Shown here: piece after piece, positions 18,632 to 29,571 of the stretch | How positions within the stretch are numbered: the first letter of the stretch is position 1 | Layout: each line of letters starts with the position of its first letter | IMG/VR virus record: IMGVR_UViG_3300021959_000011 | Location: 76,927-140,926 of that record | DNA from: a virus | Length of the DNA stretch: 64,000 bases | Direction: 5' to 3' (one strand) | Position numbers and translations under genes: made by a program | Notes under the pieces: generated by a model | Seen by the model: only the letters and a program-made list of their open reading frames with translations | What the model was told of the DNA's origin: nothing | The model's database searches: none

Positions 18632-18846
18632 TCAAAAAAAGGTCACAGTGGAATGAATGAGCAAACCAGAGCGACCTTTTAGATACGAAGGTAAAGGAGA
18701 AAATCCTTCGTTGTTATATGGGAGGCCCTATACCTGTCGCTGGTTAATGCAGGCATTTACTCCTCGACTATGATCGACCTCCAACCATAATCCAGCCAAT
18801 TTTTATTATAAGGTGATAGAGATAAATTGGCGAAACTCTCTATCAT
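18632..18846 (-). ncRNA. Unnamed structured RNA 3' of tRNA-Arg
   Basis: H-type pseudoknot, multibranch stem, hairpin with CTCCT loop, terminator-like hairpin with T7. Confidence 0.5.
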
Positions 18847-18850
18847 ATCT

Positions 18851-18927
18851 TGGCGACCTCTATAGGACTCGAACCTATAACCTACGGCTTAGAAGGCCGT
18901 TGCTCTATCCAGTTGAGCTAAGAGGCC
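18851..18927 (-). tRNA. tRNA-Arg(TCT)
   Basis: Cloverleaf, anticodon loop CTTCTAA, CCA end. Confidence 0.95.
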
Positions 18928-18932
18928 TTATC

Positions 18933-19313
18933 TTATACTTGTTGATAAGGTTTGTTCCAATCCCCAACTGAGATATCCATGTAATATGCAGTGTCGAAAT
19001 AATCAATCATGGCATCAGAGTTATCATACCAACCACGACCCACACCTTTTACCAAAGGCGCAGTTTTCACAATCTCAACAACTTTATCGAAGAAACTTGC
19101 ATGGTCTCCATAATTGTGAGTATGATATTGGTTGATTTGACAATAACCTTCATCACCACGAAAATGTTCAGAGAAATCTGTAGGACCAGACTTGATGGTA
19201 ACACCTACAGAGTGACCACCAGATGACTTTCGAACACTCCATTTAAATTTTGGAAATGTTTCTTTGAGCATCTCACGAATCGATTTCACTTCATTTGCAC
19301 TAATATAAGCCAT
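18933..19313 (-). CDS. Conserved early phage hypothetical protein
   Basis: ORF track; DNSDAMIDYFDTAYY; own promoter and RBS. Confidence 0.7.
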   Translation of the reverse strand: MAYISANEVKSIREMLKETFPKFKWSVRKSSGGHSVGVTIKSGPTDFSEHFRGDEGYCQINQYHTHNYGDHASFFDKVVEIVKTAPLVKGVGRGWYDNSDAMIDYFDTAYYMDISVGDWNKPYQQV

Positions 19314-19324
19314 TACTGATTCCT

Positions 19325-19353
19325 TTTCTCTCTTGATTACATATACATTATAG
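19325..19353. repeat. 29-bp direct repeat, copy 1 (early promoter -10 plus leader)
   Basis: TTTCTCTCTTGATTACATATACATTATAG, identical to 21471-21499. Confidence 0.9.
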
Positions 19354-20140
19354 GATATTCACAGAGGAATGTCAAGCGGATTCTGAAAATAAATTCGGAA
19401 ATTCCTCGAATAATTCTGTACCATCACGTAACACCATCTTACCTCCAGATGTTTGTATGGTGGCTTGTAGATCGGTTCCGTACTTACAACGAACGTCAAT
19501 GATCTCTCCAAGTCCTGGCACCATTACACCAGTACATCCAGAACCCCATAGATTGTTCATAAATTCATTCAACATTATTCAAACTCCCGAAGTAAACGCA
19601 TCATATCTTCATCTTTAAATGTACCATGTGTACACCACTGACGAAAGGCAACACAGGCATGTCCAGTTTCAATACAAGGCTGTGTGATAATCTCTATCTG
19701 TTCACCTTTTTTGTTCTCAATAAACTTTGATACACAAGTCTGAGCAAGAGGACAATTCAAACATGGTTCCTCTCGTTCGTTCGTAGGACCAAGATTGACT
19801 TCAAGCTCTTCTGAATTCCAACCTTTATATCCTCGTCCATTTAAAGACTCAGCATCTGTCCAAATCATTTCACTCATATTTCGAATCACCTCTATCAGTT
19901 CATGTATATCTTAACAAGCCTCTAAGGAATTGTCAAGCATTATCTAAGAATATCTAAGAATCTTCCAAATCATTATCAACCCTCAACACCGACCATAATA
20001 CCCCATGTCAAGGTATTTGTCAAGCGTTATTTGCGTTTTTTTAAAGTTTTTTTCTGCGAATCATGGCGGCTCCTCCGAATCACTTCGGCGAATCACCCTG
20101 CGGCATTAATTTAACACTCAAAATTTGTTTTCTGCAGCGG

Positions 20141-20180
20141 ATTCCCAAACTTTCCCACATTATCCCATATAATTCCACTA
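20141..20180. repeat. Four 10-bp-phased TYCCA repeats
   Basis: attcccaaac/tttcccacat/tatcccatat/aattccacta. Confidence 0.7.
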
Positions 20181-20494
20181 CCATTTCCATTGGAAATTAG
20201 AGTATTTATAAACGTTTTTTAGGTGGTTTTGGACTTTGATACCCTGGCAGATACTTTCTACCCTCTACACCAAGTGGATCATAATTATGAAAGTGTTGAC
20301 CCCTATTGCGTAGAGTATTCCAACTTGTCTCTATATCGGCCTTCTTCTCCATAAACTCTTTCACCGTCATATCATATTGTTTAAAATATTTCTTATAATA
20401 TTTGTATTCTTCCCATAGGCTACGACCTAATATCTTCTTCATATCTTTCTGATATGTTCGACGTTCAAGTTTACCGTCTGCATTAATCTGCATG

Positions 20495-20812
20495 TTACCA
20501 ATGATTCGCATTTGAATAATACTTTCTATATAACTCCGATATCTTATCTAACTCTGGATGTTTGTGTATCCATTGTCCTGTAGATGCATCAAAATGTTTT
20601 CTAAAAAAATTATCTATTTTCTTATTACCTGTACTCTTTAATACATCTACTAACTTACATTGTTCATCGAAATCCGCATCGGACATAATACTATCATTCT
20701 TTACCTCATATGCATATGCGGCTACTGATAGTTTAATTCTTCTACGGATTTCTTCGTTTATCACACTAGGAGACCTTTTAAGAAGGCTTTTCCTTCTGAT
20801 GTGATTGACCAA
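20495..20812 (-). CDS. Stand-alone protein resembling NAD-dependent DNA ligase N-terminal domain
   Basis: AYAYEVKNDSIMSDADFD. Confidence 0.6.
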   Translation of the reverse strand: MVNHIRRKSLLKRSPSVINEEIRRRIKLSVAAYAYEVKNDSIMSDADFDEQCKLVDVLKSTGNKKIDNFFRKHFDASTGQWIHKHPELDKISELYRKYYSNANHW

Positions 20813-21470
20813 TATGCTTGATCGGGATGATTTTGTCTTGCATATGCCTCGTTTGAATCCATATTCAAATCCATGACTGTATGTTCAAGATAACCTTGCT
20901 TTTTCAGCCATCCTTGATCACTTCGAAGGACAGGCAGTCGTACCATTTCTTCTTTTGTGAATGTATGTTCATCAACGAAAACATGGTACAGATTAGATGT
21001 TCGAATTGGACTATGTTTGTTATATGTTTTCATTAATTTGGTGACTTGTGATTTCTTTATTGGATTGATTGCCATTAGTGTAGTACCTCCTCTGTAACTA
21101 TGATACGGCGTCCAAGGTTGTGCATCATGCATTCTTCGGTGTATGTTTTCATCGCACCGTCATCATACATGACAGTAATCAAAACGGTTTCATCGGCGTC
21201 TTCGTGGATTGAAGTGATTTCACCTTGTGCAACATAGTCACGATAGCGGCGTATCACACCCATTCCTGTTTCAAACAATTCTGACATATTAAAGATCTCC
21301 TTCATTGGCTTCTACGAAATTGGTGGCGATTGCGACTTCCATCATGAAAGTCTCTTGCGACATCTCAGACAAATCTAAGTGACAAATGGCAGCATAGATA
21401 CGTGATGCATAGTCTTGTGAACACAACAACAGGTCTTTGATTTGATTTTCGTAGTACATTTTCGAATCAC

Positions 21471-21499
21471 TTTCTCTCTTGATTACATATACATTATAG
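21471..21499. repeat. 29-bp direct repeat, copy 2
   Basis: Identical to 19325-19353. Confidence 0.9.
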
Positions 21500-21704
21500 T
21501 ATAACCGTATATGACTGTCAAGCCTTTTCGGAAAGTTTTTTCCACACAGATCCCCACATCACTACGGGCGATTTGTATTTCTTTCGATTTGAACGGCGAA
21601 ACATCTTACGATAAGGCACAAACATCAACTGTGGTTTCTTTGTTTCCTCATAGAGAGGCCCACTAGTGATTGGTTTGTATCTTGTCGTGATTGCCATTTT
21701 CTTC

Positions 21705-22307
21705 CTATCGTGGAGCTGCTTTGATTGAGTCTACCACATCAATGATGTAGCAACTATACTCATCACTGAGAGTTTCCCATACATTGTCATTGAAGAATTC
21801 TTCGGATTCCTCATCTAACCACGCCTCTTCATCAAAACTATACCTGTCTTTGAGGTCATCATGAACTTGTTGACACCTCTCAATGATTTCTTCATATTCA
21901 TCTTGACAGCCATCTACAACTTCTTCTCCCTCGTAGATAGAATATCCAGCAAAGTTGAGTCCTTCATCTTCATATGTGATCGATGTGATATCTTTTGCAC
22001 CAGCAATCTCAGTCAGCAACTTTTCTAGCCCGCGCTCAGGGGCATCCCATGCGGAGTAACCATAGAACCCATCATCGTCATACTCTTGTATGTAGCACCA
22101 CTTAGGCCCTATCTCTGATGTTGTCCAACTGTATTGCCTTACATCATCAAGACTGAGATCTTCATTTGTAAACAGATCACCAAACCAATATTCACCATCA
22201 GATGATTCATCGTTGTGTAGTTTTTGAGTAATCTGTCGCCATTTCTCTTTCATCAATGTAGAATTGTCTTCATCGAATTGTACAGAAAAACTTACATGAT
22301 TAGCCAT
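21705..22307 (-). CDS. Acidic hypothetical protein
   Basis: MANHV start; GPKW, SAWDAP, YEDEG motifs. Confidence 0.65.
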   Translation of the reverse strand: MANHVSFSVQFDEDNSTLMKEKWRQITQKLHNDESSDGEYWFGDLFTNEDLSLDDVRQYSWTTSEIGPKWCYIQEYDDDGFYGYSAWDAPERGLEKLLTEIAGAKDITSITYEDEGLNFAGYSIYEGEEVVDGCQDEYEEIIERCQQVHDDLKDRYSFDEEAWLDEESEEFFNDNVWETLSDEYSCYIIDVVDSIKAAPR

Positions 22308-22541
22308 TTTCTTCCTCCCAAGTTTCACTTTCCCACCAGTTTATCAAATTGGAATATCCAATAGATAGTAATCCGTCATATCCATCACGGAAATTTTCAA
22401 GTTCTTTGATTTCTTCTTCTGTAAAATCAGTAATCTCATCGTGTCCAAAGAATTCAAAAACCTGTTCGTGTACGAGATCGGATATTTGTTGTTCAATCCA
22501 ATCCTCAGATTTGTGCATTCTTGGAAAATCATATTCTTCAC

Positions 22542-22979
22542 TCATTTTTTTGTGACCTTTCTATCTTCACTTTTTAAAACTACATTCGATATGTCTACAT
22601 CAATGCCTTTGATCTCTTTAATTAAATATGCCGTAAACCCTAAATCGATATGCGGCTGTTTATCTCCATAATTTGCAGACTCAAAACAGTTATACTCTGC
22701 ACACACTTTTGGTCTGTTTTGCCAAATAGTACACTGTCTATCTTCAAGATTACCACATGCAACGTGATATCCATCCCAATCTTCTACTAACTTGATTGGA
22801 ATTTCTTCGTCATATTTTAGTTTAATCTTATCAGGAGTATTCTCATCAAAATGTTGTAGCCAGTCCTCTTTCACTCTATAGAAAAAACAACAACGGCCAC
22901 AATGTGTGCAAATTTCACTATCAACTAACTCTGATGGCAAATTGTTGATCTTTTCTCCATAATATAATTCACTCATCAA
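22542..22979 (-). CDS. YkgJ-family Cys-cluster protein
   Basis: CTHCGRCC...C..L....CTIWQNRPKVC. Confidence 0.8.
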   Translation of the reverse strand: MMSELYYGEKINNLPSELVDSEICTHCGRCCFFYRVKEDWLQHFDENTPDKIKLKYDEEIPIKLVEDWDGYHVACGNLEDRQCTIWQNRPKVCAEYNCFESANYGDKQPHIDLGFTAYLIKEIKGIDVDISNVVLKSEDRKVTKK

Positions 22980-23452
22980 TCACTTTGCCTTTCTTTCTAA
23001 ATCGTTTGTTGTATCTGCGTTTGATCTTTTTTATCTGACCTTTACTCCAATGCACATATTTTCGAGCCTTTGTCAGAGCATCATATTCATCGCCACCCTT
23101 AAATGGTATTCGTTTCATCGACGTTTTCCCGTCATTGGGTCTTGTACTTCTTGTTTCGACAAGACTTGATATGCACCTTTGTTATATGCAGGACCTATCA
23201 CATAATCTGATGTTACCTCGTGCCGAGCCTTTCTTGGAGCAACAGTAGGTATTACATCAGATGTAGGTAATGATGGTCTATCTGATTTCAGATTTGGTAA
23301 TGCATGTTTATAATTTGACTTACCAGTGACACCCATTTTCTTGAGAAACTTTTCATGACGTATCTGGGCCTCTCTATCCTTTGCAGTGAGACCTTTCTGT
23401 TTACGTTTCTTTGTGTTCGTAGTGGTGTAATACACTGGCGTCAAATGCATAC

Positions 23453-23956
23453 TCATGAATAGATGACTCCCTCCGACAATGGAATTTCTTTCACTTGATC
23501 CCAAACCTTTTTCATTTTAAAAAACTTATCGATTGTAGGAATGTGTTCGAATACTGATTTCTCCAGACACATACACTTATTCTGTGATTTGTTCAGATAT
23601 ACCATAAAGAATGGTCGATCGGCAAAGAATTTTTCTTTCCTACCAAGAAAATGAATGTGTTTGTAGTATGATGGCCATGTTTCATCCCATTGCGACCATC
23701 TTTCCAACTCTACATCTGCAACAACTTTACCATTTTCATTCAATATAGACATGTCCACTTTGTATGGACCAAAGTGTTTATCCACAAATCGATAGTTTGC
23801 AGTACCATCTGGTAAAAATTTACGAAGGTAATCTTTTAAGTCTTCGTTTGACCTTACAATGCGTTTAAATGCCGCTGCATCTAACTCGTCATCATATGAA
23901 TCTTTTCGGTTGGAATAACTACCCCATCGAGCCTTGTCTGCATTAGTTACTTGCAT
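23453..23956 (-). CDS. Hypothetical protein, possibly PD-(D/E)XK nuclease-like
   Basis: VD...DVELE spacing only. Confidence 0.4.
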   Translation of the reverse strand: MQVTNADKARWGSYSNRKDSYDDELDAAAFKRIVRSNEDLKDYLRKFLPDGTANYRFVDKHFGPYKVDMSILNENGKVVADVELERWSQWDETWPSYYKHIHFLGRKEKFFADRPFFMVYLNKSQNKCMCLEKSVFEHIPTIDKFFKMKKVWDQVKEIPLSEGVIYS

Positions 23957-25209
23957 CTACTTTCCCTTCTGAAATAAAATATAGTTTTTTCATAATACTT
24001 TCTACATCAGGTTCTGTCATGTATGGCATTACATCATCATCACCAGACATAATGCCAGGCAATCTCACAAATTTATCTGTCTCTGCATCTATCACTGCAA
24101 TTTCATACATTCCAGTTTTACCGAAATGTATTACTGACAAGATATATTGACCAAATGTCATTCTTGCTCTGGACATGACCTTTGCTGTATCTCCAAGCAC
24201 ATTGGCAAGTTCTTGTTGTTCTTGATCAACCATGAAAGTCAAATCATCAAAGTTCAACATCATCATCCCTCACTATAAAGGTTACTTTTACTAAATTTTC
24301 TTTAGGTGCCTTCTTGATATAAAATTCAAGACCAGACTTTGCAAGAATTTGTCTCAATTGAGATAAGGTAGGATCGTTTGACCTAACTATTGCTGAGTTC
24401 ATCAGAAAGATCCCTCTGCATATTCTGTTCCATATAATTTGCAACAGTTTTATAGTTATCGGCCATAAGAGATAGTTCAGTTAAGATATCATTTCGGTCT
24501 TTACCGAAATTCTCACTACGCCTAATGAGACCTTCTAACTGTTTTGCGAATTCCCAATATTCTAGCATGAATCACTCCTTACATTATGTACTACCATAGT
24601 ACCAGAAAATTTAGGTTATGTCAATGAATTTTTTTATATTAATTGAACCAATGTGTACAATCGTCACATGGATCATCCCACTTGTGCGGAATTTCGTCCA
24701 ATTAGTCTCCCTTGTTATTCTTCTTCGCGCATTTTACGCAGCATGTAATCGTAGTATCCTTCACGGACACCACACACATCTTCGCGAAATTTGTATGCAT
24801 CATCAGAATTTTCAAATGAATAACTATTTATATCCCAATCAGTTTGTCTAGATAATTTCCATTGCCATGATTCAAGATTCTCTTTACACCATGCCTCGGC
24901 TTTGTTACGTAGACCATCTTCAACATTTACTTTTGTGCCGGGCAACCACTTTGCCCTGTATTGTGCAATATCTAACGGTTTCATGTCGTATTAATCCCTA
25001 TCTCCTCTAGTAGTTCCTTTGCTATGAATGTTTGGTTTTCCATCTTTTCAATCTCTACATCAATTACTGATAACTTTAACATTTCACAAAGAGTCTCTAC
25101 TTTTTGTTTCTGTTTTGTTGGTAAACAATGTTTCCATAACTCCAATTCTTCTTGACTATCCATCACCCACATTATATCTAATAATGCACATGACTCAGGG
25201 TCGAGCCCA

Positions 25210-25464
25210 TCAATTGAGAGTTTTATTGGATCTTGCATTCACTGTCTCCTCGAATTCTTGATATCCACCTACATGACTGCCATCCACTAAGATTTGTGGT
25301 ACAGTCCTAACATCGGGAAAGATTTTAATAAACTCATCCCTAATATTCACATCTTCTAATTTTTTGTATGTTACATCATAATGCATGTTTGATGCGAGAG
25401 TCAATGCTTTTTCACACCAAATACAATTTTCTTTTCCGTAAATGATTACTTTGTTAATCGCCAT
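25210..25464 (-). CDS. Glutaredoxin
   Basis: CIWC, TVPQI, HVGGY. Confidence 0.9.
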   Translation of the reverse strand: MAINKVIIYGKENCIWCEKALTLASNMHYDVTYKKLEDVNIRDEFIKIFPDVRTVPQILVDGSHVGGYQEFEETVNARSNKTLN

Positions 25465-25648
25465 CTTCTTTCTCCGGCATATGATATTGTACAACACTAG
25501 GATTGTTCCATGTGAGTGAGGCCTCTACTGCCTCCTCCTTTGTGTCATATAGTTTTGGACTACTACCTGTCTGCCATGACACACCATCACATACATAAAT
25601 CCAATCGCCTGGATCTGGTTCGATCATTACTGCCCATTTCGGCATGTT

Positions 25649-26209
25649 TTATCCTTCTCTTTTCTTTCTAGACTCCTTGAGTACCTTTGCATATTCCATT
25701 TGTTTTTTAGTGCGTCTTGTGCCCTTAACAGGAGTACATTTTTCTTCGAGTAACCTATGATATATTTGCACAAAAGATTTCCAGTGTTTTTGAGTATCAT
25801 TATATTGTGCATTATATAATATACCCCAATCTTTGTTTATATCGCAGTGTGATATGACATGTTTACCATGTTTAGTTTCTATTGTAATTCCATATTTCGC
25901 ACCACCAGGCATTGTGATTTCATCTTCTATAAGAGAGATATCAAACTTAGGACTTGGGGGTTGTTTTGGATATGTCTTTACCTTTCTTGTTTTTTTGGGT
26001 TTTGCAGTTATCTTTTCTCTTGGATATCCTATTTCCCATGGTTGTAATTTTTCTGGTGGTGGAGTTGCATCCTTTGACTTGGATGCCTCCATCTCGGCCT
26101 TTGTCCTACGTTTCCTTTTAGTTTTTGTAGGTTGTTTCTCTGCAATCCTTGCAGCTTCCATTTCCGCCTTTGTGCGTCTTTTACGTTTTGGTTTTTCTAA
26201 AACCGCCAT
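25649..26209 (-). CDS. Basic protein with RRTK(A/K)(E/Q)ME repeats
   Basis: KRKRRTKAEMEA twice plus RRTKKQMEY. Confidence 0.7.
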   Translation of the reverse strand: MAVLEKPKRKRRTKAEMEAARIAEKQPTKTKRKRRTKAEMEASKSKDATPPPEKLQPWEIGYPREKITAKPKKTRKVKTYPKQPPSPKFDISLIEDEITMPGGAKYGITIETKHGKHVISHCDINKDWGILYNAQYNDTQKHWKSFVQIYHRLLEEKCTPVKGTRRTKKQMEYAKVLKESRKKREG

Positions 26210-26403
26210 GTATCAATCCTTATGCCAGACTTTTCCCATTGGTATAACTGTGGTGGTATCAATATAATCACCTTCACTAAAAGTTCTTGTAACAACAGTT
26301 TTTACAACGGTTTCACCATCACGTACTGAATACGTTACAAATTCTTGACGCAAAACATTTTCAGTTTCTGCGTCAACTGCACCTTTCATTGGGCCATCTT
26401 CCA

Positions 26404-26655
26404 TTACCATTCTTTTCTATCCTCTTCCTCGCCATATCCGGCAGAATATTCACTGATTTGTTTTTCTGTCATTTGATCTTCCCCGATACGAGGCGATTGA
26501 TATGTATTGCCAACGTAGTAGTGTGGTTCAAATGGTCTATCATAATATGCATCTGCACTACCTCTATCATACGGGCCACCATGTCTCTCACGATCCATTG
26601 TCAGATCTTCATGTAAGATGTATGGTTCTGATTTTGAATTATGTGGTATGCTCAT
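26404..26655 (-). CDS. Conserved phage hypothetical protein
   Basis: HGGPYDRGSADAYY.R...PHYY. Confidence 0.7.
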   Translation of the reverse strand: MSIPHNSKSEPYILHEDLTMDRERHGGPYDRGSADAYYDRPFEPHYYVGNTYQSPRIGEDQMTEKQISEYSAGYGEEEDRKEW

Positions 26656-26663
26656 TGGAATAT

Positions 26664-27212
26664 TTATGCAACCTCTGAATAAGGTTGCATCGTTTGCATC
26701 ACCATATCAAACTCTTGGTGATACTTATTAGTTGGCAAATTCATAGTGTGACACGCAAAGGAACCGCCGTATGCAAGGTCGTATTCATCAAACTGTTGTG
26801 CCTCTAGTAACCAGCGAATTGCAGTTTCACGAGTCTTTGCACCCCACGAAATCATTTCTGCAATTGATTTTTCAAAGTTAGTGACTATCAACAAATCTTC
26901 GGCCTCTTGTTCCTGTATTTGTTGCTCAATCATTGCACCATATTCATTACACATGACATTTAACTGTTCGTCAGACATGGTAGTGAAGTCAAAACTCCGA
27001 GCGTATGATTTAGATGTTGCCTCGGCAATAGTATAATATGCGTCCTCCTCTAGAGTTTCACGCATGTATTGTTCAAGAGTAGTACACCCCCGATCAATCC
27101 AATACTGCTCATCAGTTGGAATCATACCCACCCAACGACCTTCTTCTGCATCCATCCATGCTTGAGATTTTGCATTTGCGGAATTGATGTAGTCGATAAG
27201 AGCCTGTTCCAT
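26664..27212 (-). CDS. Early hypothetical protein
   Basis: GGAGG RBS before MEQALIDY. Confidence 0.7.
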   Translation of the reverse strand: MEQALIDYINSANAKSQAWMDAEEGRWVGMIPTDEQYWIDRGCTTLEQYMRETLEEDAYYTIAEATSKSYARSFDFTTMSDEQLNVMCNEYGAMIEQQIQEQEAEDLLIVTNFEKSIAEMISWGAKTRETAIRWLLEAQQFDEYDLAYGGSFACHTMNLPTNKYHQEFDMVMQTMQPYSEVA

Positions 27213-27627
27213 ATTAAAGTCCTCCAAGTAAATTAAGATCCTGTTACCAAATTCCAAACGCCGTTACCTTGCGTTTCCAAATCTTCAATAAAGATATGAT
27301 GATCTTTGTTTCCATCACTATCAACCGAATTTCGTATGACAGCATCACAAGCTTGCCAGATATCCCCCCAAGTCTCACCAGTACAAACTGCAGAGGCATC
27401 ATAACCCCACACTTCACATTTGTTCTGAATAGTCATAGGAGTTTTGAAGGGATGTTTGTTACCCATTTTGATGTTCTCATCATAAATAGACCACCGTGTT
27501 TCAAATCCACAACCGGCACCATATGTGTCGAAATAGTCCATTTCTTTCATGAATTCTGCATCAGTCTGTGTCATTCGAATCACCTCTCTTGATTACCTAT
27601 ACATTATCACATATTAAGAGAACAATG

Positions 27628-27960
27628 TCAAGCACTAATTTTTTCAAACCCACACATTGCAACTTCATACTTGGTGTTACCAATTAACATTTGATCTCCC
27701 ATGGATGTAGAACGCAGGCCCCATGACTGTCCACGGTCATCAACTGGTAGGGGTGCCATAACAGTTACGTTCTCATTATAGTCACCGTTTTTACCACTAG
27801 ACAAAAACTCTGATTGGATACTCCAAGAACCCATCACGTTATTTGTCCAACGATATGCATACTCCAGTTGTTCTTCAACTGACATGGCATCATCAACTTC
27901 AACTAATGCAACTGTATTTGGAGCTTGTTCAAAGGCGGTATGTATCACTGCAACTTGCAT
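27628..27960 (-). CDS. Early hypothetical protein
   Basis: RSTSMGD motif; TTGACA-17-TATAGT promoter containing CGAATCA. Confidence 0.7.
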   Translation of the reverse strand: MQVAVIHTAFEQAPNTVALVEVDDAMSVEEQLEYAYRWTNNVMGSWSIQSEFLSSGKNGDYNENVTVMAPLPVDDRGQSWGLRSTSMGDQMLIGNTKYEVAMCGFEKISA

Positions 27961-28027
27961 ATTTCTCTCTCTTTCTCAATTTATACTTTACTATAACATA
28001 TGATTCGTTTAATGTCAAGCATTCATT

Positions 28028-28101
28028 TGGCATCGGTGCAGGGAGTCGAACCCCAGCTTTCAGTTTTGGAGACTGACGTGCTACCGTAACACTTCACCGA
28101 T
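28028..28101 (-). tRNA. tRNA-Trp(CCA)
   Basis: Cloverleaf, anticodon loop CTCCAAA, CCA end. Confidence 0.93.
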
Positions 28102-28719
28102 CTATTGCATATTCAACATTCTTTTTGAGATACCATTTCTCTATGACAGGTAAACCAAACTCATCCTCATCAACGCATATGTAAGCCACTGTCTTCTTCA
28201 CATTCGCATATCGATATCCAGAATCATTTATCTGTCCACCACCTACCCAAACCTTATGTGGGAAATCTTCATTGATATTGTTAATTGGATCATCATTCAG
28301 AGAATACTCAAAATAATTACCAACTTCTTTTTCAGTGAAGCAACCTATCGGGGATTTGGTATATGTGTAGTATCCCATTTTATTGAATTATCTCCATTCC
28401 AGTAAAACCTTCTTGCGACCAACCACGATCTTCTGCGTGGGCATTAATGATAAAATTATAATCCGAACTTGGCCACAATCCTGTTTTTAAAGCATATGAT
28501 TTCATGTCAGACTGCACCATAATAGATTGGGAGCCCTGTGCGGATTCTGCATTAATCCGATTATTTTCGTCTTCACAAAATAACACATCATTCATGTTCA
28601 TTTGTACTGATTCCTTTCTTATTACACCACTATTATATGGGGTTTCGTAGAGATTGTCAAGCATTAATTTAAGTTTTATAAATAGTTGTTCGATCTAATT
28701 GTTTTTGAAAGGAAATACC

Positions 28720-29079
28720 ATGTATAAAATTCTTATACTTGTTACGATTATATTGTTTCCAACTTTAAGTTTTGCACAACAAAAAAATAAACCAGATTTT
28801 AATTTACCAACCCTTATTCAGTGTGGACAAAGTTCTGCAGTGTGGGATATGTTACAAAATAAGTATCAAGAAGAACCTTTTGCGCTTGGTGTTGGTACTT
28901 TAATTCGAAATGATGGCCTCCCAGTATCTGGAGATCTGGTAATGTGGACAAACAAAGACAAAAAATCTTTTACTGTATCAGTTACCTTCCCAGAGGTGGG
29001 TGTTACATGCATGATCGTTAATGGTAGAGAATTTCAATTACTAGATGGTTTCGAAACAAAATCTGGACTAAGACTGTAA
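28720..29079 (+). CDS. Secreted hypothetical protein (late)
   Basis: TATAAATA at 28677-28684, AAAGGA RBS, signal peptide. Confidence 0.7.
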   Translation: MYKILILVTIILFPTLSFAQQKNKPDFNLPTLIQCGQSSAVWDMLQNKYQEEPFALGVGTLIRNDGLPVSGDLVMWTNKDKKSFTVSVTFPEVGVTCMIVNGREFQLLDGFETKSGLRL

Positions 29080-29256
29080 AGTTCTCTCAAGTAGAGATAT
29101 CTCATCTTTAATTTTCAGTTTTTGTTGTTTCAATCCCTTTACCAATGATTGATGCCTCTCGCCGCGATTTAGATTATCATCTATATTTAAGATTGTATCA
29201 TCTATTTCGCGGTGTCTCTTGGTCAACCATTCAATTCTTTTTTGCGTATCATTCAT
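29068..29256 (-). CDS. DUF465/YdcH-like coiled-coil protein
   Basis: L...HREID..I...LKQQKLKIKDEI. Confidence 0.7.
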   Translation of the reverse strand: MNDTQKRIEWLTKRHREIDDTILNIDDNLNRGERHQSLVKGLKQQKLKIKDEISLLERTLQS

Positions 29257-29571
29257 TATAATATTCCATATCTGTTATAATCTCATCACCTTCTCTATCA
29301 TATGCAATTTCAAGGGCCATTGATTGTACTTGATCTAGCATATGTTGACATGCACCTTTATCATAACTATCTTCTGCGAGATTGCTATATTTGTTCCTTT
29401 CGCGGTGTAGTAAAACTGCGATATCTTTCATTGTATTCAATTTTTTTATCAGTTGTTCTACTGAATGTTGCATATAAACCTCCATTGCTACTAATATATA
29501 TTGTTTTTGGTGAAATGTCAATAGAAAATAAATATAAATAAAAGAGAAAATGGTTTGGAGATAGATAAAAA

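Noticed and set aside
18795-18846. preQ1-I or SAM-II/V riboswitch
   Set aside because: Topology is similar but ligand-binding residues do not match clearly, and no related gene follows.
18717-18850. Hammerhead or tRNA-associated HDV-like ribozyme
   Set aside because: No CUGANGA/GAAA core and no HDV nested pseudoknot found by eye.
19945-20197. CRISPR array or CtrA boxes
   Set aside because: Repeats are 5-10 bp without spacers; TTAA half-sites lack N7 spacing.
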